From NCBI GenBank assembly GCA_965369865.1, contig CBDURU010000051.1, positions 1-23,132 of the forward strand: a stretch of 23,132 nucleotides of DNA, in the 5' to 3' direction. The position numbers were made by a program, and so were the translations under genes. The DNA comes from an uncultured bacterium (GTDB lineage Bacteria; JAJVIF01; JAPKYR01). The notes below the pieces were generated by a model. It was not told the DNA's origin. It saw only the letters and a list, made by a program, of their open reading frames with translations, and searched no databases. Below are positions 7,614 to 15,792 of the stretch, piece after piece. Numbering within the stretch: position 1 is the first letter of the stretch; each line of letters opens with the position of its first letter.

Positions 7614-8819
7614 TTACAGTGTTGCAATCGGAGATAATTCCTGAATTATGCTGTCGGCGTACTTTGTGAAGTAATCATCGGCAAGTTCTGAAACTGTCTT
7701 TTCCTTAAGATCCAGGAAATCTCTTACATCGTCTCTTATCTCATCGTTGACATAATCACCATCGTCCAGATGCATGTAATTCCTGACGATCTGGCCGGCA
7801 AGGTAGATCATGACCATCTCCGGATAATCTTGGTCGAATTCTGGAAGTGTGCTGCACTTTATTACCCTGGACAGCGTCGGAGGAAGCTTCCACAGGCGAG
7901 TCAGGAGATCATTTGCCAAACCATGTGTTATACCCAGCGTCTCAAGCTCAGCCTCCATTAACGGAATTCCCTCCCCTTTACATGTCTTGATGGTCTCGAC
8001 AAATCGACCCTTTCGCCATTTGTACAGGAGGATTTTCCCAATACCGCTGAGCAGAGAACCCGAACTGCATAATGGTGCGCTCACGGCTATCCTGGTTTTA
8101 TGCGAAAGCCAGTGAGTAATATTGGAAGTAGCGACTGAATGTTTGAAGAGGTCATGGATACTGAACCGATCGTTGGCCACGTCCGCCATACTGAACAGGT
8201 TTAAGGTAATCACAGTCTGCCGAATTTCATCGAATCCCAGCAGGGTTACAGCCTCTTTAAGGTCGCTGATTTGCCGTCCCAACCCGTAGTAAGAGGAGTT
8301 AACGAGCTTCAGCACCATGGCTGTGATCCCGACGCTCTTATTGCAAATTTTTGAAACGGTGGCCGCTGATGAATCGGTGGAACTTAAAACATCAAGCAGC
8401 TCCTGCACTTCTATTGGAAATTTGACAAGTTCCTTCAGGACAAAATTCAAATCGCTCCATGCTGTTTCTGGAATAGTGTCCTTTCTGTGATATATCCCTT
8501 CTTCTTCGGGCACAAAGAACGACTTTATATAGTCAACATTCAATGTTGCCGGTTCTGACTCTTCAATATCGCCAGGGATTTCGTCCTGAGGTTCAACGCT
8601 GATTTCGGAGGCATGTTCAACATCTCCAGCCGACCTGGCAGACTGAAGACTGGTCGAAATTGATTCGGCCTGTGTCGATAAGTTTTTATTTTCCTTTCGT
8701 TGCCTGCTTTCGGTGCCTGATTCGGCAGAAGTCTTTACCTGCCATCTCATCCGAATATAAACCAAAAATACCACAGCAACTACCACAAGCAACACAAAAA
8801 GGTTTATGGCAATATTCAT
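7614..8819 (-). CDS. Membrane-anchored HDOD domain protein (paralogue 2), ~401 aa
   Basis: Start moved from 8927 to the ATG at 8819 (MNIAIN..), which follows a GGAGG RBS. TM helix; VLKLVNSSYY, EAVTLLGFDEIR, KHSVATS, LGITHGLA...WKLP. Confidence 0.92.
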   Translation of the reverse strand: MNIAINLFVLLVVVAVVFLVYIRMRWQVKTSAESGTESRQRKENKNLSTQAESISTSLQSARSAGDVEHASEISVEPQDEIPGDIEESEPATLNVDYIKSFFVPEEEGIYHRKDTIPETAWSDLNFVLKELVKFPIEVQELLDVLSSTDSSAATVSKICNKSVGITAMVLKLVNSSYYGLGRQISDLKEAVTLLGFDEIRQTVITLNLFSMADVANDRFSIHDLFKHSVATSNITHWLSHKTRIAVSAPLCSSGSLLSGIGKILLYKWRKGRFVETIKTCKGEGIPLMEAELETLGITHGLANDLLTRLWKLPPTLSRVIKCSTLPEFDQDYPEMVMIYLAGQIVRNYMHLDDGDYVNDEIRDDVRDFLDLKEKTVSELADDYFTKYADSIIQELSPIATL

Positions 8820-9017
8820 ATCTATGCCTCCAACATATACCATCCCCCAAACCTTCAATAATAATGTCTTATAATAATATCTTAATATGAAAGAAACATT
8901 TGACCCGAATAGTTCAACATTAAACATTAGTATTGATATTTACTGACAAAGCTCATCCTTATCCTTGCAGAAATTCAAGGCGGCTTCACTGATTCTCTTT
9001 TGAAATTATCGGTAAGT

Positions 9018-9734
9018 TTACGACAGTTCTGTATCGTTAATGATCAGTTTGAACCGGCAACCCAGCAGGCGCGATGATTTTCGCACCATCACCATTCTTG
9101 ATGTGAATATCTCGAAATATTCCATAACGCTGGCGATCGCGGTATCAATAATAACCTCTGTTTTAATCAACCTCTCGACCGGATCGGCTGTCAGGCTGCA
9201 ACTTTTTGTTGCGAGATTAACCCGGTCGTGGATATCCTGCGTGGTTGGATCGGGATATCGAACCCTCGAGCGATGAACATCCGTTTTATCGGCGATAACG
9301 AGGCATGCCCCGGTTTCATCCACAATAACCCCAAAATCCTCTTCATGGTTTGCAACAGCCATTAGGATCGTGGTGATATCATCGTACTCGATCCCGTGAT
9401 CGACGAGGATTGGATACACAAGTGTGGCGGATGATATCCCGTGCATCTGGCGTCCGAGGAAGTTGCCGACATCGTGAGTAAGCCCTGCAATGAAAGCACG
9501 TTCGGCGATTCTTTTAGTGTGGCCAAGTGTCAATGCCAGTTCGCGGGCGCGTTTCGCGACAAGCCTGGTATGCCGGGGACCGTGCTCCGTGTAACCGATC
9601 GCGTCAAGGTACTTGTCGGATGCCCGGATCAACGCGTGCAGTCTCGGGTCATTTGCGACCTTTAAAGCAAGTTCCCGGATTAAGGGCTTTCCTGTCGGGA
9701 TCTTCTGTTTCGGGTAGATTTCGTAATCGTCCAT
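9018..9734 (-). CDS. HD-superfamily metal-dependent phosphohydrolase (COG3294-like), ~238 aa
   Basis: YTEHGPRH, THDVGN, ANHEE, IADKTDVHRSRVR, DIHDRVN, VMEYFEIF. The ATG at 9734 is preferred over the ORF-track start at 9815; exact start uncertain. Confidence 0.88.
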   Translation of the reverse strand: MDDYEIYPKQKIPTGKPLIRELALKVANDPRLHALIRASDKYLDAIGYTEHGPRHTRLVAKRARELALTLGHTKRIAERAFIAGLTHDVGNFLGRQMHGISSATLVYPILVDHGIEYDDITTILMAVANHEEDFGVIVDETGACLVIADKTDVHRSRVRYPDPTTQDIHDRVNLATKSCSLTADPVERLIKTEVIIDTAIASVMEYFEIFTSRMVMVRKSSRLLGCRFKLIINDTELS

Positions 9735-9886
9735 GGTAATCAGTTGAATCTCTTTCAGGGTATAAAATGTATATCCTGTAAGGTTAGTATACAAGCGGTT
9801 ACAGGTTTTCCACAATAAATATTTTCAATAGACATGTAATAATCCGAACCAGGGGAATTATTTTTCCCCAAATTCCCCACAACCGA

Positions 9887-9915
9887 TTGCCTGACGGTAC
9901 AAATTTGTTTAGAAT
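9887..9915 (+). promoter_or_regulatory. Putative sigma70 promoter giving a near-leaderless transcript; palindrome ACAAATTTGT in the spacer
   Basis: TTGCCT-N17-TAGAAT; the ATG lies 9 nt after the -10 with no Shine-Dalgarno. Confidence 0.65.
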
Positions 9916-9924
9916 CCATCCGGT

Positions 9925-10689
9925 ATGAATGAAGCGAGCGAACAACTCGGCCTTTTCAGTACAGAGGACCATTTTCCAATTCCCGACCCGTCTCGAATCC
10001 AGGAAGTGGAACAGCTTGCGTTAAAGGCTGTCAAGGAGCAGGGGCTTAAGGTCAAAACGGTTAAATGGAAAAAAAACCGGCTCGTGATGGCATCGGTTGG
10101 AAAAAACGGGGTGCTGAATATCCACCAGATTTATCAACGGGCTGAGGAATCCGACCTTCTCGACCTGGCTACTGTCATGAGTGGTAATGCGAAACCGAAA
10201 GACATGGAACGGTTCCAGAAGTACATCGAGCGTAACATGCCGAAAGAAATCGTCAATGGTAAAAGCAGGCTGGTTATCAATCCGGCACGCGGGCTGTTCC
10301 ATAACCTCGAGGATACATTCGCGAGAATATTTCCACTGCTGGATAATCCTATTGACCCGCTGCCGAAGCTGGGATGGTCGCCTGCGAGAGTTGGACGGTC
10401 CGGGATTACGTGGGGAACCCATCGTGAAATGCCCGAAGGTCCGCTGATCCTGGTAAACGCGATTCTCGACGCTCCGGATATCCCGAATTTCGTGGTGGAG
10501 CATATCCTGTGGCATGAGATCTGCCACCAGGTGGCCCCGCCGGAAAAGGGATCGGGAAATAAACGCATTATCCATAACAGGGAATTTAAAAAACTCGAAA
10601 GGCGGTATCCCAGGCTGGAAATTGCCGAAAGATGGGAGAAGGAGAATGTCGGGAGATTGATCCGGAGACATCGGGGATTGGAAGAATGA
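9925..10689 (+). CDS. YgjP/DUF45- or SprT-like HEXXH zinc metallohydrolase
   Basis: VNAILDAPDIPNFVVEHILWHEICH plus downstream IIHNREFK (third His). N-terminal QLGLF. Confidence 0.82.
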   Translation: MNEASEQLGLFSTEDHFPIPDPSRIQEVEQLALKAVKEQGLKVKTVKWKKNRLVMASVGKNGVLNIHQIYQRAEESDLLDLATVMSGNAKPKDMERFQKYIERNMPKEIVNGKSRLVINPARGLFHNLEDTFARIFPLLDNPIDPLPKLGWSPARVGRSGITWGTHREMPEGPLILVNAILDAPDIPNFVVEHILWHEICHQVAPPEKGSGNKRIIHNREFKKLERRYPRLEIAERWEKENVGRLIRRHRGLEE

Positions 10690-10764
10690 ATTAAGGAACC
10701 CACCATAAAGTATTTTTTTTAAACTTCGGGAACAGGGCATTTTTTCTTTATTTTAATCCCCACA

Positions 10765-10995
10765 TTATGCATTCATCATGAGATCGAACAGATCATCTTG
10801 GCCGCGATACTTGTTGATCTCGGGAAGCAGAACTTCAATACCCCATTTTGCGAAAGCCTCGGGATTCTTGTCTGGAAAGGCATTACCTTCCTTCAATTCA
10901 GCATGCCAGCTTCTAAAAATCTCCTCCAAAGCATCCTGCCGACCCCGGTTGTACATCTTTTGCTCGCCGTCGTTTTCAAATGAAAGCCTTGCCAT
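10765..10995 (-). CDS. Small hypothetical protein, 76 aa (MARLSFENDGEQ...QDDLFDLMMNA)
   Basis: GGAGG RBS upstream of the ATG at 10995; protein-like composition; the N-terminal extension to 11121 in the ORF track looks non-coding. Confidence 0.7.
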   Translation of the reverse strand: MARLSFENDGEQKMYNRGRQDALEEIFRSWHAELKEGNAFPDKNPEAFAKWGIEVLLPEINKYRGQDDLFDLMMNA

Positions 10996-11180
10996 ATTTT
11001 CGCCTCCATGAATAAAATTTAATTTATTATAAGGCTCGAGATGATTGTAACATCCAGCCGGACAAATTTTAACCGCTAAAACAATAACGACACAAGAAAT
11101 TCCCTGATTAGCAAATGGCATCCTTAATCACCGATTGTCTTCGCGGCGGCGTCTCCTCATGATAGAATACATCCTTGTAA

Positions 11181-12017
11181 ATGCCTGTCTATGTCGGCAC
11201 ATCGGGATTTCATTACAAGGAATGGATCGGACCGGTATATCCGCCCGGCACGAAATCATCCTCTATGCTCGAACGATTCTCATCCATGTTTCACGCTCTC
11301 GAAATCAATTCGACATTCTACCGCCCGCCAGGAAGCGGTATGTTTGATAAATATCCCGATAGAACCGGCGGGGAAATGAAAATCGTGGTGAAACTCCATG
11401 GGACCTTCACCCACCAGAGAACCGCTCAGCAGAACGATGCCGATCATTTCGATAATTCAGTGAAGCCGTTGGTGGACTCCGGGCAGTTTGCGTGTTTCCT
11501 GGCACAGTTCCCGCAGTCTTTTCATAACACAAAGGACGCCCGCGACTATATCGAGAAACTTCACGGGATGTTCCCCGATATACCGCTGGTGTGCGAGTTC
11601 AGGCACAAAAGCTGGTGGGACAAGGAAATTATAGAATTCCTGAAAACCATGAGTGTTTCGATGGCTACTGTCGATGGGCCTGAACTCCCAAACCTCCCAT
11701 CGGCAGGCGCGACATTTTCATCGAATCCGGCGTACGTAAGGCTGCACGGCAGGAACAAAGACGACTGGTACGAGGGAGCGGATGCCAGGTACACCTATAA
11801 ATACAATAAGGATGAGCTTCGGGGAATCCTTAAAAAGGTTGAGAAACTAATTTTGAAATCGGACGAAATTTTTGTCATCTTTAATAACCATCCGCTTGGA
11901 AACGCCCCGGTAAATGCGAACGAATTTATCGAACTCCTGCGGAGTGCGCTGCCTGACTCGCTGCCGCGCCCGATAAAATCCCGTCCTCACCAGGACGAGC
12001 AGATCAGTCTGTTCTGA
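11181..12017 (+). CDS. DUF72 (YecE-like) family protein
   Basis: VGTSGF.Y..W.G..YP, LEINSTFYRPP, LAQFPQSF, EFRHKSW, YVRLHGRN, YTYKY, IFNNH..GNAP.NA; C-terminal QISLF. Confidence 0.93.
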   Translation: MPVYVGTSGFHYKEWIGPVYPPGTKSSSMLERFSSMFHALEINSTFYRPPGSGMFDKYPDRTGGEMKIVVKLHGTFTHQRTAQQNDADHFDNSVKPLVDSGQFACFLAQFPQSFHNTKDARDYIEKLHGMFPDIPLVCEFRHKSWWDKEIIEFLKTMSVSMATVDGPELPNLPSAGATFSSNPAYVRLHGRNKDDWYEGADARYTYKYNKDELRGILKKVEKLILKSDEIFVIFNNHPLGNAPVNANEFIELLRSALPDSLPRPIKSRPHQDEQISLF

Positions 12018-12019
12018 AG

Positions 12020-13642
12020 ATGAAAAAAATGCAATGGATCGATAAAGAAATCCGACGTTTTCCAGCATCAGACCCCGGACCGGACCCGATCCATGTCGGT
12101 GTTATGTATCCGAACAACTACCCGGTCTCTATTTCAAGCCTTGGATTCCAGACCATCCACAGGCTCGTACATTCGCATCCCGGAATTGTCGCACATCGAA
12201 TTATTCTCGAAACTGATGACGGTAAAAATTACCCCGCGCGCACTCTTCTGGAAGGCCTTGAAATAAAATCTCTCGATGCGGTCGTAATTTCATGTTCATT
12301 CGAACTCGATTACCTTAATCTCGTACGAATCCTGGATGCATCGCGAATTCCGGTGCTCAGGAAAAATCGCGGCGGTTTGCCCTTGATTCTGGTTGGGGGG
12401 ATCGCTCCCACAGCCAATCCGGAACCGCTGGCTAATATTGCCGACGCGATTTTTATCGGGAAAGCTGAAGTGAATCTGCCCCCGGCGCTCGACGATCTCC
12501 TGGAAATTCATCCGCTTCTCACGGGCAAACGATTTAAATCGGGACGGGACCGGCTTTACGAAATGTGGGACCGGCACGATGGTATCTATGTCCCCGCGCT
12601 TTGGGGTAATGACCGGGGAGAGTTTCGAGATCGCGATGGACAGGTAATTACCCAGGCCAATATCCATAACCTTGATGAATTCAAATCATACACTCCGATC
12701 ATCTCACCTGGTGGAGTTTATGGATCAAAGAACCTTGTGGAGATCAGTACGGGATGCCCTTCACATTGCCGGTTCTGCCTGCTGAGTTATATTTACCCTC
12801 CCGGACCGGGTAGATCGCTTGAATCGATTCTTGAAAACGCAGGGATTTTCAAACCGGATGAAGCATCGGTCGGATTAATTTCGAGCCGGGTCAGCGACCA
12901 TCCGGATATTGTAAAGGTCATTGATATGCTTTCGGATGACGGATACGAGGTCAGTGTCAGCAGTCTGAAAGTTTCTTCAACTTCCAGGGAGTTGCTTGAA
13001 GCATTGGTAAAATCAGGTGCGAGGACCGTAACTTTCGCGCCTGAACACGGCAGTGAAAAAATACGTGGGATCATCTGCAAGAGATATTCATATGACGACG
13101 TTCTCCAGCGTACACAGTGGGCTTACGAAGCGGGGATGAATCGGGTCAAGTTATATTTTCTTACGGGATTCGATGAGGAAACCGATTCCGACCTGGACGC
13201 GACAATCGATTACATAACCCATATTGTCGAAGATACCGGGCTTCGCGACATCGGGACGGAATGCAGGCTGATAATCGGGATCGCGCCATTCGTCCCGAAA
13301 GCGTCGACTGCGTTCCAGCGACGGAGAATGCAGGATGAACGCACGCTGAAACAGAAAATGAAACGTGTTGCGGGCGCATTGAAAATCCTTCCGAAAGTTG
13401 AAATCGAAACCGAGAGCCCGCGATCATCGATTTTGCAGGGATTATTGTCAATTGCGGATCGAACTGTGACCCCGCATCTTGTGGAATTCTCAAAATCCCG
13501 TGGACCCATACTCTCAACATGGGAAGAAATCGTACGGTCAATCCCGTTAAGCCCGAAATTTAATGTGCACGAAACCCGTAATGGTAGTACAATCCTTCCC
13601 TGGGGATTTATCAAGCGTCCGAGTATCAAGGCCGATAAATGA
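12020..13642 (+). CDS. Radical SAM protein with N-terminal B12-binding-like domain (related to the TIGR03960-type family)
   Basis: CxxxCxxC in EISTGCPSHCRFC; YPNNY...SSLGFQTI, GG...TANPEP, TFAPEHGSE, VKLYFLTG, PFVPKAST.FQ. Confidence 0.9.
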   Translation: MKKMQWIDKEIRRFPASDPGPDPIHVGVMYPNNYPVSISSLGFQTIHRLVHSHPGIVAHRIILETDDGKNYPARTLLEGLEIKSLDAVVISCSFELDYLNLVRILDASRIPVLRKNRGGLPLILVGGIAPTANPEPLANIADAIFIGKAEVNLPPALDDLLEIHPLLTGKRFKSGRDRLYEMWDRHDGIYVPALWGNDRGEFRDRDGQVITQANIHNLDEFKSYTPIISPGGVYGSKNLVEISTGCPSHCRFCLLSYIYPPGPGRSLESILENAGIFKPDEASVGLISSRVSDHPDIVKVIDMLSDDGYEVSVSSLKVSSTSRELLEALVKSGARTVTFAPEHGSEKIRGIICKRYSYDDVLQRTQWAYEAGMNRVKLYFLTGFDEETDSDLDATIDYITHIVEDTGLRDIGTECRLIIGIAPFVPKASTAFQRRRMQDERTLKQKMKRVAGALKILPKVEIETESPRSSILQGLLSIADRTVTPHLVEFSKSRGPILSTWEEIVRSIPLSPKFNVHETRNGSTILPWGFIKRPSIKADK

Positions 13643-14367
13643 ATGGAATCTCTGAACATGTCCTTCGGGTAATGAAACAGGTTGTCAAGGCTGCGGAAGG
13701 CGCCGGACGCGACCCGTCTGAAATAAAAATACTCGCTGCGGCTAAATATACCGATCGCCGCGGGATCGAGGAACTTCTGAACGCAGGAATCGCTTTGATC
13801 GGCGAAAATCGTGTCCAGTCCGCAAGGGATAAACTCGCCCCGATCGAATCCACAGGGCAATGTGATATTCACGATGAATTCCCGGATGTAAAAATCCATT
13901 TGATCGGCTACCTTCAGAGGAATAAAGTGAAACATGCGCTCAGGATTTTCGACATGATCGAAACGCTGGACCGCCCCTCCCTTGCCGATACCCTCGAAAA
14001 ACGTCTGGATGCCGTCGATCGCACATTGCCCGTGCTTGTGGAGGTCAAACTTACCGGTGAAGATACCAAGACCGGCTGCCCGGTAAATGAATTACCCGGG
14101 TTTTTGAATTATGTGTGGGGAAATTGCAGGCATTTAACGGTCGGAGGATTGATGGGAATGGGGCCGTGGGATCCCGATCCGGAGGTGGCAAGGCCGTTTT
14201 ACCGGACTTTGAAGGAACTTTTCGATTCGTGCAGGGAGAGTGCGCCCAATCCCGGAGATTTCAATACCATCTCGATGGGGATGAGTGCGGATTTCGAGGT
14301 CGCGATCCAGGAAGGCGCAACGATAGTGCGGATCGGACGCGCGTTGTTTACCGAGGATTTTAATTAA
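13639..14367 (+). CDS. yggS: Pyridoxal phosphate homeostasis protein (YggS/PLPBP)
   Basis: LAAAKY (PLP lysine), IGENRVQ, HLIGYLQRNKVK, GLMGM, ISMGMSADFEVAIQEGATIVRIGRALF; ATGA overlap with the radical SAM stop. Confidence 0.96.
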   Translation: MNGISEHVLRVMKQVVKAAEGAGRDPSEIKILAAAKYTDRRGIEELLNAGIALIGENRVQSARDKLAPIESTGQCDIHDEFPDVKIHLIGYLQRNKVKHALRIFDMIETLDRPSLADTLEKRLDAVDRTLPVLVEVKLTGEDTKTGCPVNELPGFLNYVWGNCRHLTVGGLMGMGPWDPDPEVARPFYRTLKELFDSCRESAPNPGDFNTISMGMSADFEVAIQEGATIVRIGRALFTEDFN

Positions 14368-14388
14368 GACCAATTCTACATGGGGGAA

Positions 14389-14753
14389 ACCGGGGACAGG
14401 CACTCAGATTTGCCGGGTAGTTTGCAGGGAGCGTGACCATTTGTATTAGCGGCAAATCTGTGAGCCAGTCCCCTGATCCTTACTATTCCCCTGATCTGTA
14501 CTATTCCCCTGAGTTGTACCAGTTCCTTGATCCTTACTATTCCCCTGAGTTGAACCAGTTCCTTGATCCGTACTATTCTCCTGATCTAAAATAATTACCC
14601 GGTAAATTGAGAAGTTTTTTCAGAAACACAATGTGCAATGTTGTTAAAGGGGGGAATTTTATGTACAGGGGACTGGCTCACAAATTTACCGGCTATGTTA
14701 GAGGTCGGTCCTTTGTTTGTGTACCCCGGTAAATTTGAGTGCCTGTACCCGGT
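14389..14753. mobile_element. REPIN/MITE-like element: two inverted ~82-nt hairpin units (14392-14473 and 14668-14750)
   Basis: 14389-14417 vs 14725-14753 inverted, 26/29 match. Inner arms share a perfect 17-bp inverted match (tgtgagccagtcccctg). Each unit is itself a 24-position stem. It lies between the usually adjacent yggS and sepF. Confidence 0.7.
14469..14587 (+). repeat. 18-bp tandem repeat, ~6.6 copies, with a 36-bp higher-order pattern
   Basis: tcccctgatccttactat / tcccctgatctgtactat / tcccctgagttgtaccag / ttccttgatccttactat / tcccctgagttgaaccag / ttccttgatccgtactat / tctcctgatct. Confidence 0.95.
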
Positions 14754-14965
14754 GTTAAATATCCAGTGATATACCTGACTTTACCGTTGCGCATCAAGGG
14801 GTAAATGCCTTGTCTCCGAAGTTAAGAAGATTTTATTTATAAGGATATTTTAATTTTTATTAGATTGTTTTGTAACAAATTCCATCCGCTTAAATGATAC
14901 TAAAAGTGATTAAACGTTTTCCGGTTAATTAATCGGTTGGAGTTTCCGTACGAGGAGTTTTATTT

Positions 14966-15421
14966 ATGCAAGATAACGAACAGAAATTATCATTTATGCA
15001 GAAAATCATGGTTTCACTCGGTGTGATGTACCCGCCCGACGACGAAATCATGGATGATGAGGATGGAATTATACTCCCTGGCAGGAATCCAAAGGTGCTG
15101 CAATTCCCGAGGGACACGCAGACCCAGATAGCGGTAGTGACCCCTACAAGCCTGAACGCAACCCAGGTCCCCGCGGATTTCCTTAAGTCCGGGCGCGCGG
15201 TGCTGGTGAATTTCCACGGGCTTGACAAGAAAGTTGCGGACAACGCGAGGTTTTTCCTTTCCGGCATCACTTATGCGATCGACGGTCAGCTTCAGAAGGT
15301 GACCAATACGATATATCTATTCACACCTCATGAGGTAGGCGTAATTATTCCAGGAGAGATCGACGATCCGGAAGAGGCGCCCGAATTCGAATTTTCAGTA
15401 AAAAAACGACTGTTTGGCTGA
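14966..15421 (+). CDS. sepF: Cell division protein SepF
   Basis: GAGGAG RBS; N-terminal amphipathic SFMQKIMVSLG; LKSGRAVLVNF...FLSGITYAIDGQLQKVTNTIYLFTP; downstream of yggS. Confidence 0.9.
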   Translation: MQDNEQKLSFMQKIMVSLGVMYPPDDEIMDDEDGIILPGRNPKVLQFPRDTQTQIAVVTPTSLNATQVPADFLKSGRAVLVNFHGLDKKVADNARFFLSGITYAIDGQLQKVTNTIYLFTPHEVGVIIPGEIDDPEEAPEFEFSVKKRLFG

Positions 15422-15478
15422 AATTAAATATTAATTAATCAATAAGTTTAAAAAAAATAGTTCTTGCACACACGAATT

Positions 15479-15511
15479 GGCGCGGAATCAAGTATTCCAG
15501 GCCGTTTTTTT
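15479..15511 (+). terminator. Probable intrinsic terminator after sepF
   Basis: Imperfect stem ggc..ggaat/attcc..gcc followed by a T-run. Confidence 0.55.
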
Positions 15512-15557
15512 ATCCATTACATCTTGCGAATTTGTTAAAATATGGTATGTATTAAAT

Positions 15558-15672
15558 GTGCGGAAATCGTAACGGCTCAATCTCTTATTGACCTTATTGA
15601 GAGCCGAACGATTTCAAGGCACTGAAGTAGTTCGGAAGAGGGACCCTCATAAACACGGGGGTTCTTTCTTTT
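15558..15672 (+). ncRNA. Candidate structured small RNA or attenuator ending in an intrinsic terminator
   Basis: Hairpin A 15563-15615, alternative hairpin B 15604-15635, terminator-like stem 15638-15667 running into a T-rich tail; weak promoter-like TTGCGA...TGGTATGT upstream. No family recognised. Confidence 0.4.
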
Positions 15673-15689
15673 GGATCTTCGCAGAGTAC

Positions 15690-15708
15690 CGCATGCGTCC
15701 CGCCTGCC
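15690..15708 (+). repeat. Third, partial copy of the REP-like core cgcatgcgtcccgcctgcc
   Basis: 19/19 identical to 49-67. Confidence 0.85.
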
Positions 15709-15792
15709 CTCGTGTAGAGAAAAAGCTGAATCTCCCTCAAGCACTACAATATCAACCCCACCATAAAATTTAGTGCTTTCCCGGTCAACATA

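Noticed and set aside
9806..9881. Replication origin
   Set aside because: One consensus DnaA box and one poor match are insufficient, and there is no dnaA/dnaN context.
10021..10740. 239-aa and 190-aa antisense ORFs
   Set aside because: Shadows of the HEXXH gene, which has a promoter and family motifs.
13161..13935. 241-aa and 126-aa antisense ORFs
   Set aside because: They lie opposite the well-supported radical SAM and yggS genes and have no motifs.
14469..14587. CRISPR array
   Set aside because: Units are contiguous 18-mers with no unique spacers, and there are no cas genes in the window.
15580..15650. SAM-I riboswitch or hammerhead ribozyme
   Set aside because: Only fragments resemble them (ctcttat, gaggga, ctgaag); order, spacing and core nucleotides do not fit.
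15588..15773. 61-aa ORF as a leader peptide or type I toxin
   Set aside because: No RBS, not hydrophobic, and it crosses a terminator and a REP fragment.
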